A stretch of DNA of 64,000 bases from Trichoplax sp. H2 (lineage: Eukaryota): the NCBI GenBank assembly GCA_003344405.1, contig NOWV01000016.1:496001-560000 (forward strand), given 5' to 3'. The notes under the pieces were generated by a model that did no database searches, had not been told where the DNA came from, and saw only the letters and a list, made by a program, of their open reading frames with translations. Position numbers and translations under genes: made by a program. This document shows positions 27,695 through 40,412 of the stretch, piece after piece; positions within the stretch are counted from its first letter, which is position 1, and every line of letters starts with the position of its first letter.

Positions 27695-29014
27695 AATTAA
27701 GAATAGGGAAGAATAATAACGTGGTCTACATTGATGCTAAATTACCAAGATTGCATGTACACGTAATTAATGTACAATTGTATATTATCTTTTCAGCATG
27801 ATATCATCCGTATAGACGTGTGAATAAGCAAAGACCCCAGGCTTAGAAGGATATATTAAATCTCTGTATTAATGCAAACAAGTAGAATTTTTTTACTATA
27901 ATATGCAGACGTCAATACGCACTAAATTGGTTACTAATATCTCAGTAATCACGTAACCATGAACAGGGCTGTGGTATATGCAAAATATCACAAGATGGAT
28001 ATAGATTAGGAAAAAAATAAAGACGTGTACAGTCGAAATGGCACATGCATTTCCATTCAGTGTAAATTCATATTCTCGTACTATACAGATATTATTATAA
28101 TTATTATCCAAAAACATAGTTATCGTAAAGTAATGGGTGTTACAACGTAAATCGTTTATTAAATTGCATGTTACATACGAGTAATGATTAGGTATTAACA
28201 ACTAGCCTACCAAGTAAACCAGTATCAAATTGGCATACAATCTGAGTCTCGCTACTAAATTACCAATAACTAGGAAAATTAAATTAATTTGGCAGGTATT
28301 GCAAAAAGCGTCTAGCAAGATATATTTATCTTGCAGCTTTTACAGTGCATTTAATCGCTTTAGATATAGGAAACTATCGAATGATAATTAATATAATTAG
28401 TCTTTTTACTATCCAATATGGTTTTCATGTTTTATTTATAGAAAAATTCAATTCACTCTCTAAATCATAATATCCTCCGGAGTAATACTACGTAGAATCG
28501 GTGCTATCTTACAAGTAGGTGGAGAATAGAGTTAAGGAGCGTATACATTGCATAGACAGCATACTGTATAACATACACTTAACACAAGCATACGAGTATA
28601 TACATTTTAGCTTAAACTTATGTTTTACTTCAATGATAACATACAAGAATGCATTATAATGGAATTTCTGAACATAGTTTACCGTACCAATAGCAATTGT
28701 TGTGACGTAAAAAATTTTGAAAGCATATTCGGCATATCAGATAGGATAATCTTAGATCAAGCCTCATGTTAGTATAGTAGCTATTCCTTCGATACAAAAA
28801 AAATTTGCAAACTAACGACATGATCCTATTGATGTATCTATGAAGAATGCACTAATAAAAAATATATTAATCCGATATACAATCTACATTAATCGACTTC
28901 TTTATTACGAGAAACTGTAATCGATGTTAACGCTACTCGTGAATAGTCAATCCTGTATATGAAACGGGATTAATTAATTTACACACTCTTATTTTATACG
29001 TAGAACAATTGATT

Positions 29015-32000
29015 TTATTTATTTAGTTTCGATTTAGCGGCTGCAAATACTTTCGGTCTTATTGTGGCCAAGCTAATTAACATCGCCTCCTGTAGGTAAA
29101 AATTCACAGTTTTATTACAGTAATATAAAATGCCTTCAAATGTTCTCAAACAAAAATTCATGATTGCTATGAAATGTTTACCTCAGTTCTGATAATTCGG
29201 CTTCCTTGTCCAGGACAGGTATTTAAATAATAATCAAATAGTAAGCGTATATCTGATAAACGCAAGGATTCATCACTTTCCAAGGCTGCTTCAAGCCCAG
29301 AAAGTCCTCCAAAGGCTATTAAAATATGTCTAATAAATAGCGTTGATATTACGGTGTGAGATTACAAATTGCATACTAATGCTAGTTAACCTTTCTACGG
29401 TATCTATCGAGTAAACATTTGACTGGTAATAATTATAATTCCTCCTAATAAGATACTGAGTGTGGATTGCTCCAAATACCCTACTAGTAGACTGTATTCG
29501 TTATCATACAGATTCAAGGGCATCTCGTAACGACTATTTAGTCATACGTATTTGCGCATACTTAAAAGAAGACAAATTTAACTCTTCCATAGAGTCACCT
29601 CCATCTGATGTTCCTATACTTAAATCATAGCCACCCTAATACACAAGTGAAGGAAAAGAATTTTATCATAAAAGGTACTACATATACAGTCTAAATAAAA
29701 AATCACGTGTTAAAGACTATACAGTAGAATGAGTAGCAAACCTCATAAGGACATTCTGTAATGGCCGCACCTAAGCTTCGTGCAACTCGAACTCTATAGC
29801 CCCAATATATACCTGCATCCATCCGTGGAGCATCAGCACTAACAACTGTACCTTTGTAAGTTTTACTATCTATTTCATAAAACAAAAAGCGGATGTTACT
29901 TAGGGCGTATAATTACACGGCTAGACCTGTAGTGATCAAATGTAACGTGCTAATCGCATGAAAGGATTTCGCATTCATGCAAAATCATGTTATATTTAGA
30001 TAAGCAAACCTGAAGATTGTTCAGAATCCAATTTGACCGTTACTCTTAAGCCGGATTGAAGTTGTCGATCAATCCTTACCTCCTTAAAATGATATTCAGA
30101 ACAAATTTATAACGAAGACATTGACTCAAAAAAATGGTACGATGTTGAATGGCATCATTATACAACAGAAATATTGTGAATATACATGTAGTGATTGCTT
30201 ATCCAATCTGATTGTTATCATACCTTCCTCATACCACAGTTTACTAATGAACCCTTTTTACCGACGGGTCTGTCCAATGTGACACCTTCCCTGTATGGTA
30301 CGTCTTCATCAATAAGCATGTGATGTGTGGAATTCAAGGGGTTCAATAGGCCTATCAAAAAAGGTTTATCTAGCGTTAATCCAGTCTTCTCACTTAAATT
30401 AGAATTATCTACTTGAAATGATATTACTGTACATAACAGAAACATATTTACCGGCATAACGTAAATCAGGATGCTTTGGGAAAAAAAATTTCCTCAGGTA
30501 TCTAGAAAATGTTGAAGAGAAAGACATGGATAAAATTATGAATCAATCTTGTCTTGATATGTAGTTGACTATAAGAAAGAATCCTACGCTGTATTTAAAA
30601 AAAAACGTACTGGGGACATTCTAAGTACTGTAAAATATTAGCCAAAACTTTGTTAGGATCATAGTCCTTCCTTGTAACGCCAGTAAATTCACCAACATCT
30701 TCGCTATAATTCATGTTTAGGGTAACAAAAGAATAAAGTCAGAATACACAATATACACCATATTCTGTTGATTAAGCCGTATTACAAAGTGTGGCACTTA
30801 CTTAACAGTCTTGCCGCTCTCATCGAATATTACTACTTCGTCAACCTCAAAAATTACTAAAGCCCTTGCAATCTTTTGGCACAAAATAGAATTAATTAGT
30901 GTACAAGATATCCATACCTATTGATATTGACTGAAAATGATCGCCTACTTGTCCAGCTAAATAAGTACGTAATTCCGGAGACTGAGCATTGTTTAAAATA
31001 GAGCCAGGCACGGCAACAGAAACAGTGTACGGGCGTCCTAAAAGGTGAGAAAGTTTGAAGTATCGAAACTCTTAATACTTTGGTATAATAATAAAATGGA
31101 GAGGAGTCTCAGGCAAAATGGTAAATCTGTAGCAAGTCGAACATAATTAATTATCCTTGACAGTTTACTAGAAAATAAGCTTCAAAGGCTAAGTATCCAT
31201 ATTGCAAATAACTTGTGATAAGAATAGTGTATCGGTAGTGAAATATGGCATAAGTCGTAGTATTGCCATTTTCAATCCAGTAAATGTTACAAGTATTGCA
31301 ATATTAAAGTACTCAGTTCGATTCCTATACCTTGTTGTAAAAATGCAGAACATCCGAATCTGCAACTATTAACGCACCTTTATTTTCGCTAGCAATATTG
31401 TTATCAGCAGCCTGAATATTGTTATTAATATTGGGCGCTTTTTGATCTCCTGCAGCTTGTACGTGGAGCTGAGCAGCCTCCTTAGTTATCGTTTTATCCT
31501 TCTTTTTTTTGTGTTTTGCTTTCTTTTGCTTAGCAGCCTTGTCTTTACTCTATTGATATAGAAAGAAATTGAAGTAAAATTGAGAGGAATTACTCGTTTA
31601 ACACCATCGTGGCAGGTAAATTTGCATAGAACAATATACTCGTATCTAGAATTCATTACAGATCGAGCAGCAAGTGTAGCATTCGGACATATTGCATAAC
31701 AATGGAATGCAGTTATGGAATTCATGTACGAATACTTGTGCTATTATTACTATCCATCCATTACCATCCATCTTGAATACTTTTTTAATGCATGGATTAT
31801 ACACGTGCTTGCATCAACATCGATCAGCCAGTGAACTGTAGAACTACTATCCTGTGTGCAATGTCTATGTAATCAACGAGTTATCATAGGCGAATTGTTA
31901 TCCTGTATGTCATGCACGCAACCAATGAGTTTTAATAAGCGATCAGTGTTTTGTAGTTTGGAAGAACGCTAGTTAAGTTTGCAGACAGCAATACTTGCGT

Positions 32001-32386
32001 AATGCGTATGTCATCTATCTCCATCATGACCTGCTGCTAAAATACTATAGCATAGCATTGGTCAATGGAGTAGGTGAAATCAATCTCTTTTCAGTCTCTT
32101 TTCAAATCAATTGCTTGTGCTGTTGTCATTTCTTGATACTATCTCCTACACAAAATGAAAAAGTGTGATCTGATGGCTGAAAGAGCTTGACCAATCAGTT
32201 TTGATTGATGATGGCGATTTGTCATCAAGCAGCTCACTCAATAACATACTACAAGTCTAGGAAAAGAGCTGCTGCTGCTGCCTGGCTGTTACTTGATTTA
32301 ATACGCATGCTAAGTGGATAGAAATGATGCAGTAGAATGATTTATTACCACCTATGTTGACTCACCAACTTCCCTGATTGACCCAT
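29015..32386 (-). CDS. SPOUT1: SPOUT-domain RNA methyltransferase 1 (C9orf114)
   Basis: Exons 32386-32366 (inferred first exon MGQSGKL, gtgag donor), 31549-31378, 31037-30949, 30872-30802, 30703-30611, 30501-30452, 30351-30224, 30082-30010, 29869-29742, 29635-29562, 29329-29182, 29089-29015. Motifs: RPYTVSVAVPGSILNNAQSPELRTYLAGQIARA, QYLECPQYLRK, GIYWGYRVR, NTCPGQGSRIIRTEEA. Confidence 0.94.
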
Positions 32387-33204
32387 TTCGATCGGAAGTA
32401 GTTGCTATGGCTTTCCTGTTGGCAATATCATCGCAAGAGCCAAAAGGATTTTGCTCACAAGTTAGTCAGCTTTTCCAGACCTCCAGCAGTCCGTAGTGCG
32501 TACAGGACAGGCTGTACAGTGTACAGTGTACAGTACTGTATCAGCGACTATTACAGCTAGAGTAAACTGACTGAAGAAAGCGATTGTCAGTGTCAACGAC
32601 TTGCTGACTATTTCTCTGGTGATTTCGACTATGGAGTACATCTAAAACTGTACACTGTACTAGCTACGCCTGGAAATGGCTACCAAGTGGGTTGCATACA
32701 GTACTGTGTGCAGTTCCAGTCTTCCGATAGAGCGAAATGATAAGTAAAATAGTCAGCCTCCCCATTTTTTTCAATGCAAAATGGTTGACAGTCTCTCTCT
32801 CACTCTTTCTTTGAGTAATGTCGTCACTGAACTGTACAGTAGTGACATTACTTTCGCTCGAGATTTTCAAAGTTGTCTACTTGTTTGACTTTATATTGGG
32901 TCTACGTCATCCATTGTCCTCACAATAGCCGATATCGTCGATTACTGCATACTGTAGATAATACGGAACATCACCAACAAGGTAGTGTAGGGCAAATCAT
33001 GTCATTAGTTATGCTTCGACGCAAAATCACTGTCAGTGGGTGACGCCATTTCTTATCCTGACACTACTATCTGTACTAGAGTGTGCTAATCCAATGTCTA
33101 GAGTGGGCAGAGTGTACTGTATTATCATTCAATCGCTAGTAGAGATCATAAAGGAACCAAACCTTTCTCAGATCTAATCGCTACAGCATCGTGACACGCT
33201 GCAT

Positions 33205-33331
33205 TGGACGAATAACCATAGGAGGTCCAGTACGGTCCATGAAAGTATAGGTTTTATATGAAATGTCATACTAAATCATATAAATACGATTTGGACGAAT
33301 AGCCATCGAGGTCCAGTACGGTCCATGAAAG
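33205..33331. repeat. Direct repeat of about 41 bp (period about 86)
   Basis: ttggacgaata.ccat..gaggtccagtacggtccatgaaag at about 33205 and 33291. Confidence 0.85.
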
Positions 33332-33797
33332 CATACTGGACACTAACCCTAACATGAGCAGTGGACAGTAGTAAGTCATTCAGATGTCAATCGCAGACTG
33401 TAGACGGTACACCTGCGCGCTTTACAGACATACGGAGTTACGGACGTAGTTAAAACGACCAGTCCAAGAATCAGCCTTGCAATGATTCGTATCGTCAATG
33501 AGCGTTTGCTGTCCCGTTCCTTTCTTTTCTTAGTTTTGAGTAGTCCCTGCAGGCTGTTACTGTGTAACTTGATCGATTTCAACTTGAAATGTGAACTCAT
33601 GTAAAGTGCAAACGTCGGCCGATCAACGTTTACTGTCTGCACCTTTGCACAATCTGACTCACTCATGATAACCCAAACGCAGTTCCACCATTTCTTTCCA
33701 TACAGTACGTCTAGCTAGACCCATGGCTGCTCAGATGAATTGGATAGCGCAGTACACCACTCTACCGCTTGACCGGCACAGTACATTGCGTACAGTA
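33309..33797 (+). ncRNA. Candidate telomerase RNA (template plus H/ACA domain); ends inferred
   Basis: TATAAATA 33279-33286; 8-bp hairpin 33311-33341; CTAACCCTAAC 33343-33353; stem 33538-33545/33725-33732 followed by H box AGATGA 33733-33738; 3' hairpin 33747-33791, then ACA 33792-33794. The pseudoknot is not clearly resolved. Confidence 0.5.
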
Positions 33798-34584
33798 TGT
33801 ACTAAAAGCTGGCAACTCTGGTTGACAGTCAATCATACTGGAAGTGAACGTTGGCGAACGTGTACTGTTGACAGCAGTGTCAAGTCTTCTGCTCACGATA
33901 CTGTACAGTGTACTAAATTGCCAACCAACAGTGGACACCTTTTTGAACATAAGACTGTCTAGTACAATGGAATCCGTTTTTTCCCTATGATTGAAGAGTA
34001 AAAACTACAAGTAAAACGCTTCAAAAAGACCAATCGTCATCCACCTTCCTATATAGATCAATTTCTTCTAGACAGTCCTTGTTCAAACCATGCATTTGCG
34101 ATCGATTTTGTACAAATTGATGCAAAAATTGGAGTATCCAATGGATCAGTTGACTGCACTGTCCAATCGGCTTCCATATACAGTACGTTCAAAAGGATAT
34201 CACTAGTCATGGGTGACATTATTTCTCATCCTGGACCTAATGTGGTACATAATATAGTAGTATATGGTGTGCTAATTTAATGTCCACAGCCGCCATCGTC
34301 GGTCCCATTGGTACGGTGGCCGAGAGGGGCCACTGCTCTACAGTGCACAACTCCTGCGGGCAAATGATAGACAGTAGAGGAGGAGTACAGTGTGGACTAT
34401 ACTTGTCTGTGTGGTGTTTGAGTACTGAGACAATGGCCACAGTCCAGAGTACAGTAAAGAAAGTACTGTACTCACTTTCGCCCACTGGACAAATGGACGG
34501 TCGGACAACGGACGACCTGTGCGCCACACCAACGTGGTGTCCTAGTGTCTGCCGCTCGCTATACAAGGTCTGATACAAAACGAA

Positions 34585-36455
34585 ATGCCAATCATGGACA
34601 ACGACATGGTAGAGTAAGTTGGATCCATTTGAACATTCTTCATCATCGTCTATATATGTTGTCTAGTTAGGCCATAATATAGATAGTATCTCATTTTCTT
34701 TTCTCATTTCAATTGTAGTTCCAACGCAACGTGGGGAGAAAGAATGGAAAATGAGGGTTAGTTGATGATGATATCGTCTAGATAATGGATGCAGTAATAT
34801 TTGGCATGCAACCATCGGTAGTCCATCTAGCCGGCTTTTCATCATGCTAGTTGGTGCTAAATTGTTGATGACAAGGAGTGTTGATATTTCGTGTTGATTT
34901 ACATTACTGATGAAATAAAGTAGATGTAGACGTTATGAAGTAGAGGATGAGTGGAGAGACTATTTTACCAATTTCAAGATTGCTTGTCCTATCTAGACGA
35001 TGAGTCCTCAAGTCCTAAGGTGGAAATTCTGGATAACGGTATTAAAATCGTAGAAGAAGAGAGAACAGAGGGCAACAGAAAATTTCTGGTAAGATCCTGT
35101 CGTTGTTATGCTTGCTATTCGCTGTTATCACAGCCACCTTGAAAATGAAAATGTTCAATCTACCAGATAGCAAAGAGTAACGCTTTCATACTACTGTACT
35201 CAATTGTTGATCTTCAACAAAGTCTTGAAGACTAATGCCGATGTATGATGGCTAATGCTTGTAGGTTAAACGAACATTTCGCATTGAAAACAAGAGAGTT
35301 CCTAAACCGGTTGCTGAAAGAAAGGTAGGACAATTGACCGACAAATAAATTATCAACTCCATTTGATGACAGTTGGAATGCTGACGTGCGGCCATTCCAT
35401 TGACGACTTGAAACGCTTGTGATAATGATTTGTCCATGCTTTGCAATAGGCTTGGAAGAAATTTGGTGCATCTACTGAAGATCCTAAAGGTCCTAGTTCT
35501 AGTACGACTAAAGTTGCTGAAGACACCTTCTTAGCATTTATAACAAATCGTGAAGTAAGTACAACCACAAACACTATTCAATACTAGCAACCGATAAAAG
35601 CATGAATTATCTTATTGGACTATAGGATAACAGTGACGAAAAGTCATTAAACAATATACCAAAAGAAAGATTTGGAACCTACAAAGCACCTTTTGCCGCT
35701 AATAAAGGTAATTAGTATGGATGATAAATACAGTACCTATCATTCAGTATTTCTCCAAAAACTTTTTCATCTGCTGTATGGCATCAATTTATAACCTTTA
35801 TCCATCTTACGTAGAAAATGCACGAAGTGAATTGTCTAGGATGGCCAGTAGTCAATTGGGAGTTGACAGTAAATATGTTGTACCAAGTCGAAGATTTGGA
35901 GGTAGTCAACTTGGTGACACTCTGGAATTATACAAGAGAGGTAAATTATAATTTTACTGTAGTATATTTTAACCAGGTATCATGGTACAACTATATTATC
36001 ATAATCTTTCGTAGACGATCAGAATACAGTCCGTGTATCCAACTTATCCGAGGATGCCGACGAAGCCGATCTTACTGACTTATTTAGACATTTTGGTCAA
36101 ATATCCAGAGTTTTTCTCGTTCGTGACAAAAAAACGCGTCGCTCAAAGGTCTTTTTAATCCTAAACTATTCTCTTAATGAGTATTGCGTAGAAATTGACC
36201 ACTTGAAACTTACTAATCAACATTTTCAATGTTTGCATCTTTTTATACAGTGCTTTGCTTTCATTAATTATAAGAATCGTGAAGATGCAGCATATGCCAT
36301 ATCTCAGTTAAATGGTTTCGCTTATGATCACTTACTCTTGGACGTCGAATGGGCAAAGTAAGATTTGAAAATGTTTCTTACGTGGCATAATACAGAGAAA
36401 TTGATGCTTATATCAATATTTCCCATTTCTTAATTGCAGGCCTCCTTCAAATTAA
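34585..36455 (+). CDS. EIF3G: Eukaryotic translation initiation factor 3 subunit G
   Basis: Exons 34585-34613, 34719-34756, 34997-35088, 35265-35324, 35450-35554, 35626-35707, 35815-35940, 36015-36148, 36251-36357, 36440-36455. Motifs: VPKPVAERKAWKKFG, KYVVPSRR, and the RRM TVRVSNLSED...LNGFAYDHLLLDVEWAKP. Confidence 0.93.
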
Positions 36456-37468
36456 TTTGGTTTTTCCAATTTGTATCAATATTGTCGTATATATTAAGAG
36501 TCTTAATTAATTAATGCAATAACATATTGGTAAAATAAATTAAAACCCTATAAAATCAAGATCTAGACTTTTTTTCTATGCATAAAGCTTTTGTATCACA
36601 AGCTATTAATTAAAATAGTGACTAAATTCAAATTCGTATCGTGTTGCAAGCCAAAGTTGCGCATGCATTATTACTCCTGATACTTGGAATCATTAAGATG
36701 CTCATCTATTCTACTAAAGAATCTCTATGGATAAATGATAGAAAAAGTATAGCGCTACTTCGTAAAGACAGTATAACTACCACTGGAATAATGCATGAAT
36801 GTTAGTGTACTTCTTTACTATTATCTATATAATTACGTATAGTCAGTTTAGTAATGCCTTTTTGTCGATAAATGTATAAATTTACTTATGTAGGAACTTA
36901 TTTTGTCGATACATATCGATATATATAATAAAAGTCACTTTAGAATTCACATTTTTTGCTTGAATACAAGAATATAAAAATATTTTCTAATTGAACAGTA
37001 AATATTAGATAACATGTAATCAAATCACATGAAAATCTGAGGTTGCACTTTAATACAGTAGTCTGAAGCTGACTTCTATACAAAGCCTAAAAACTTTCAA
37101 TATAATACTAACATTGCTTGAGGCTATAATCGTCAACAGCAAGAATCAATTTTAGATAAATAGGTTAAAGAACCAATATTATATGTCTGTACCGTATACA
37201 AGTGCAACGCTCTTACATATGATACTGATCAGAATAACACAACGAGATGAAGTTCATTTCGCCAGCGAGACATTAGTGATGGAGCAAAATACGCGTAGAT
37301 TACAACAGCATTCGGTTTTTGCAACGTTGATTCTAACTAGTACTTTACGAATAATAAATGTGCTACTGCTTTCCTTTTTATTCCATAATCCATCTATTAA
37401 GCCTACAGCACACCCGTGATAAATTGATAATGTTCTAATTGTATCAAGATGTACAAAATCTTTAAAAA

Positions 37469-40093
37469 TTATTTAATTGACCAGAAAGTCGTTGGTTTAT
37501 TTTTTGCGTCCCTTTCCCTTTTCGCAAACCCGGAAAACGATGAAATGCAATTTACAATGGCATGTTCAGCTCTGCCAATAATTGCCAGCTCAACATGAGG
37601 CTCGGGGGGATTCAGGCTTACAATTCTAATCTAAAATTTTGAAAGAAATGAACGGTATAATCAGCGTGTTGTTATTTTCCCTAAAAGTCTAATATCATCA
37701 TCATCTGACAGATTAACTCGTATAAGTATCTACGTCCATACCTGCTCCTTTTTAAATTTCTGCTCTAATCTATCTCGTACGCTACTTTCGTCCGTTGCAA
37801 TAAAAACATTGGTAACGTTATACTTTCGGGCAATTCGTTTAGTCTGTCTGAAAATGTCATTTTCAGACGGATAACATACTTTATACGGTATTGGCTTGAC
37901 GTTATTATCTCCATAACACTGTGGCGATTCCATATAATTTTTAGCCTCGTGATCTTTTAAATGTTGGCAGGCCGATTTCTTAAGATGAATTAAATTAAAT
38001 TTCGCAAAATCCACGGTTAGTCTTAGGCTATTATTTGATGGCTTATAATGCAATTCGTTATGTTACTTATAAACATTCAGTCATTGCGTACCCAATCTGA
38101 ACCCATTCTTAAATGAATAGCAACAAATCGCTGCTTATCTAAGGAATCCTTTATGAAAGTCTTTACTTTTCCGGATATAAATTTAGACCATTTAACATAC
38201 TTGTGCAATAGCCGGTCGTGTGCTTTAACCGGAAAATCGCCTGGTGGGCCAGAGAAAGCCATCACTGGGTACTTTTCTGCTGGAAAACTATCATTAGATG
38301 AACCGTAGGTGAAACAGTTTGAATTTGAGCAGTACGTAAAATTAGATAATAACGTTACAATGATAATAGCTAATCCAAGCAATCATATCCAGATTGCTAT
38401 TGTGACATCATAACAAGATTTGAATTTAATTTATTGCAAACTGTATTTACTTTTGATTCCAAGCTGAACGAACGTGCTCATTAAATGAATAATAAGCGTT
38501 GCCACCACCAATCCTATTTCCATACTCTACGTACGATTTGAATTGAATTTCAAAATGATTCCAAAATGGACCAAATGGATTGCCCTCCTTCATTGCACAC
38601 TAAAGTATTAAAGCAATTGCAAAATCGATTCATTCCAATAAGTATTATTACAGTTACTGTAGTGGTCTACTATGCACAACAAAGGCAAAACTTTAATCAC
38701 CGTGATTTTATAAGATTAGAAAAATGAATCATCTTTATAACAGTATCCATACAATATCTCAAGGATATAGTAAATAGAGACCGACATGTATGACTATAAT
38801 ACCTGTTTATTCTCTCTGTAGTAAAAGTATTATTACAGTTACAGTAGTGGTCTACTATGCACAACACAGTCAAAACTTTAATCACCGTGATTTTATAAAA
38901 TTAGAAAAAATTAATCATCTTTATAACAGTATCCATACAATATCTCAAGGATATAGTAAATAGAGACGGACATATATGACTATAATACCTGCTTATTCTC
39001 TCTGTAGTAAAAGCAAAATCCGATCCGTTTGTTGGGTGGCCAAACAGTGGCAGCAAGATTACTCATGAATGTTTCCATGGTGATAACACGATGGTATTGG
39101 CTTAGAGGCTGTACTCGAATATATTTATCGAAAGGAATTTGAACCTTCCAATTTCAATTAAAATAGGCAATATAGTTACCAATAATCAAATGAATCAATT
39201 GCCAAAGCTAGGAAATCCGTTCTATAAGCATGTCATACAGTACAATACTCTACTATATCGTATAAAGATCAATACTACAGTATGGTATTATCAATATTAA
39301 TTTACAGATGTTCCAGGGCTCCATTCAGGGTATTCAACCCATGGGGGTAAAATTAATGTTCTATTCAATCCACGAGAAAATGAGAGAGAGCCTAGAAACT
39401 GATCAGCTTGATTACCCCAGCGACCTAGGATAAGCAAAGTTGATATTAGTATTTGCTAATACACCTGCATTTTTCTAGCTGCAACTTTTTCAATAGGAAG
39501 GATTATAATTATCGAGAATTGACATATCTGTCCAGTAATCCATATTTCAATTCAAGTGTACTGATCGGAAATTCATGGCATTGTACACTTATCATGACAT
39601 GGTAGAGCAATTACACTTGCAGCATGATTGTATAGGCGTATAGTCTATCAAAATTGTCATTTTATTTATAGGTATAATATTGTGATTACTGACTAACTGG
39701 AACGATCGCTTTAATAATCGTGTAATCAATAATAATTGTTAGCTCATTCTGTTGATGCTACTACTTGTCATCAACTGTACACTGTAGAGTACTGAAGCCA
39801 ATGTCAACAAGGTGAGCAGCAGCATGCATTCTTAAACTGATAGTGTTGAATTATCAGCGGGTAGAATATGAACATTTCTTGACACAATCCATACAATCTG
39901 GATTTAATAAGGTAGACTTACCCATACATGGACAGTAGGCAATATATCCGTTTGGATCAATAGCAATAGCTTGACCTACGTTGGCTTGATTGTCTTGATT
40001 CGCTGGATATTGCGTGCAAGAGCCAAAATTGATATCAAAAGGTACCACCAAGTGGATGGTTATCCATATCAAGAGACACTTGTAATAGTGCAT
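37469..40093 (-). CDS. POFUT1: GDP-fucose protein O-fucosyltransferase 1
   Basis: Exons 40093-39922, 39424-39306, 39144-38989, 38599-38451, 38287-38092, 37978-37742, 37630-37469. Motifs: [75 protein letters not shown]. Confidence 0.95.
38641..39012. repeat. Tandem duplication (unit about 185 bp) spanning the POFUT1 exon 3/intron 3 junction
   Basis: agtattattacagttac.gtagtggtctactatgcacaac...tataatacctg.ttattctctctgtagtaaaag occurs twice. Confidence 0.93.
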
Positions 40094-40412
40094 GAGTATC
40101 TTGTATGTTGTGATCCTACGTGTAATTTTCAATAACTTCCGATTTGACGATGGTTTTAAGTGACTATTTTCAGCATTGCAGATCGAAATCAGAAATGAGA
40201 ATGGAGCTACAGCAGCAGACTTTCCACAGCAACATACAGTATAGTACAGTACAGTACAGGGCCTTCTGTGTACTGTAGGGGGGCGGTACAATACTGTACT
40301 GTACTGTATCATTATTACGGTACAGTACTGTACTATAGATTCGATACAGTTCATTTGAACTACCGTCTACTTTTCCGTTGCCATTTGCAACCAAGATCAA
40401 GCTCTATCTACC

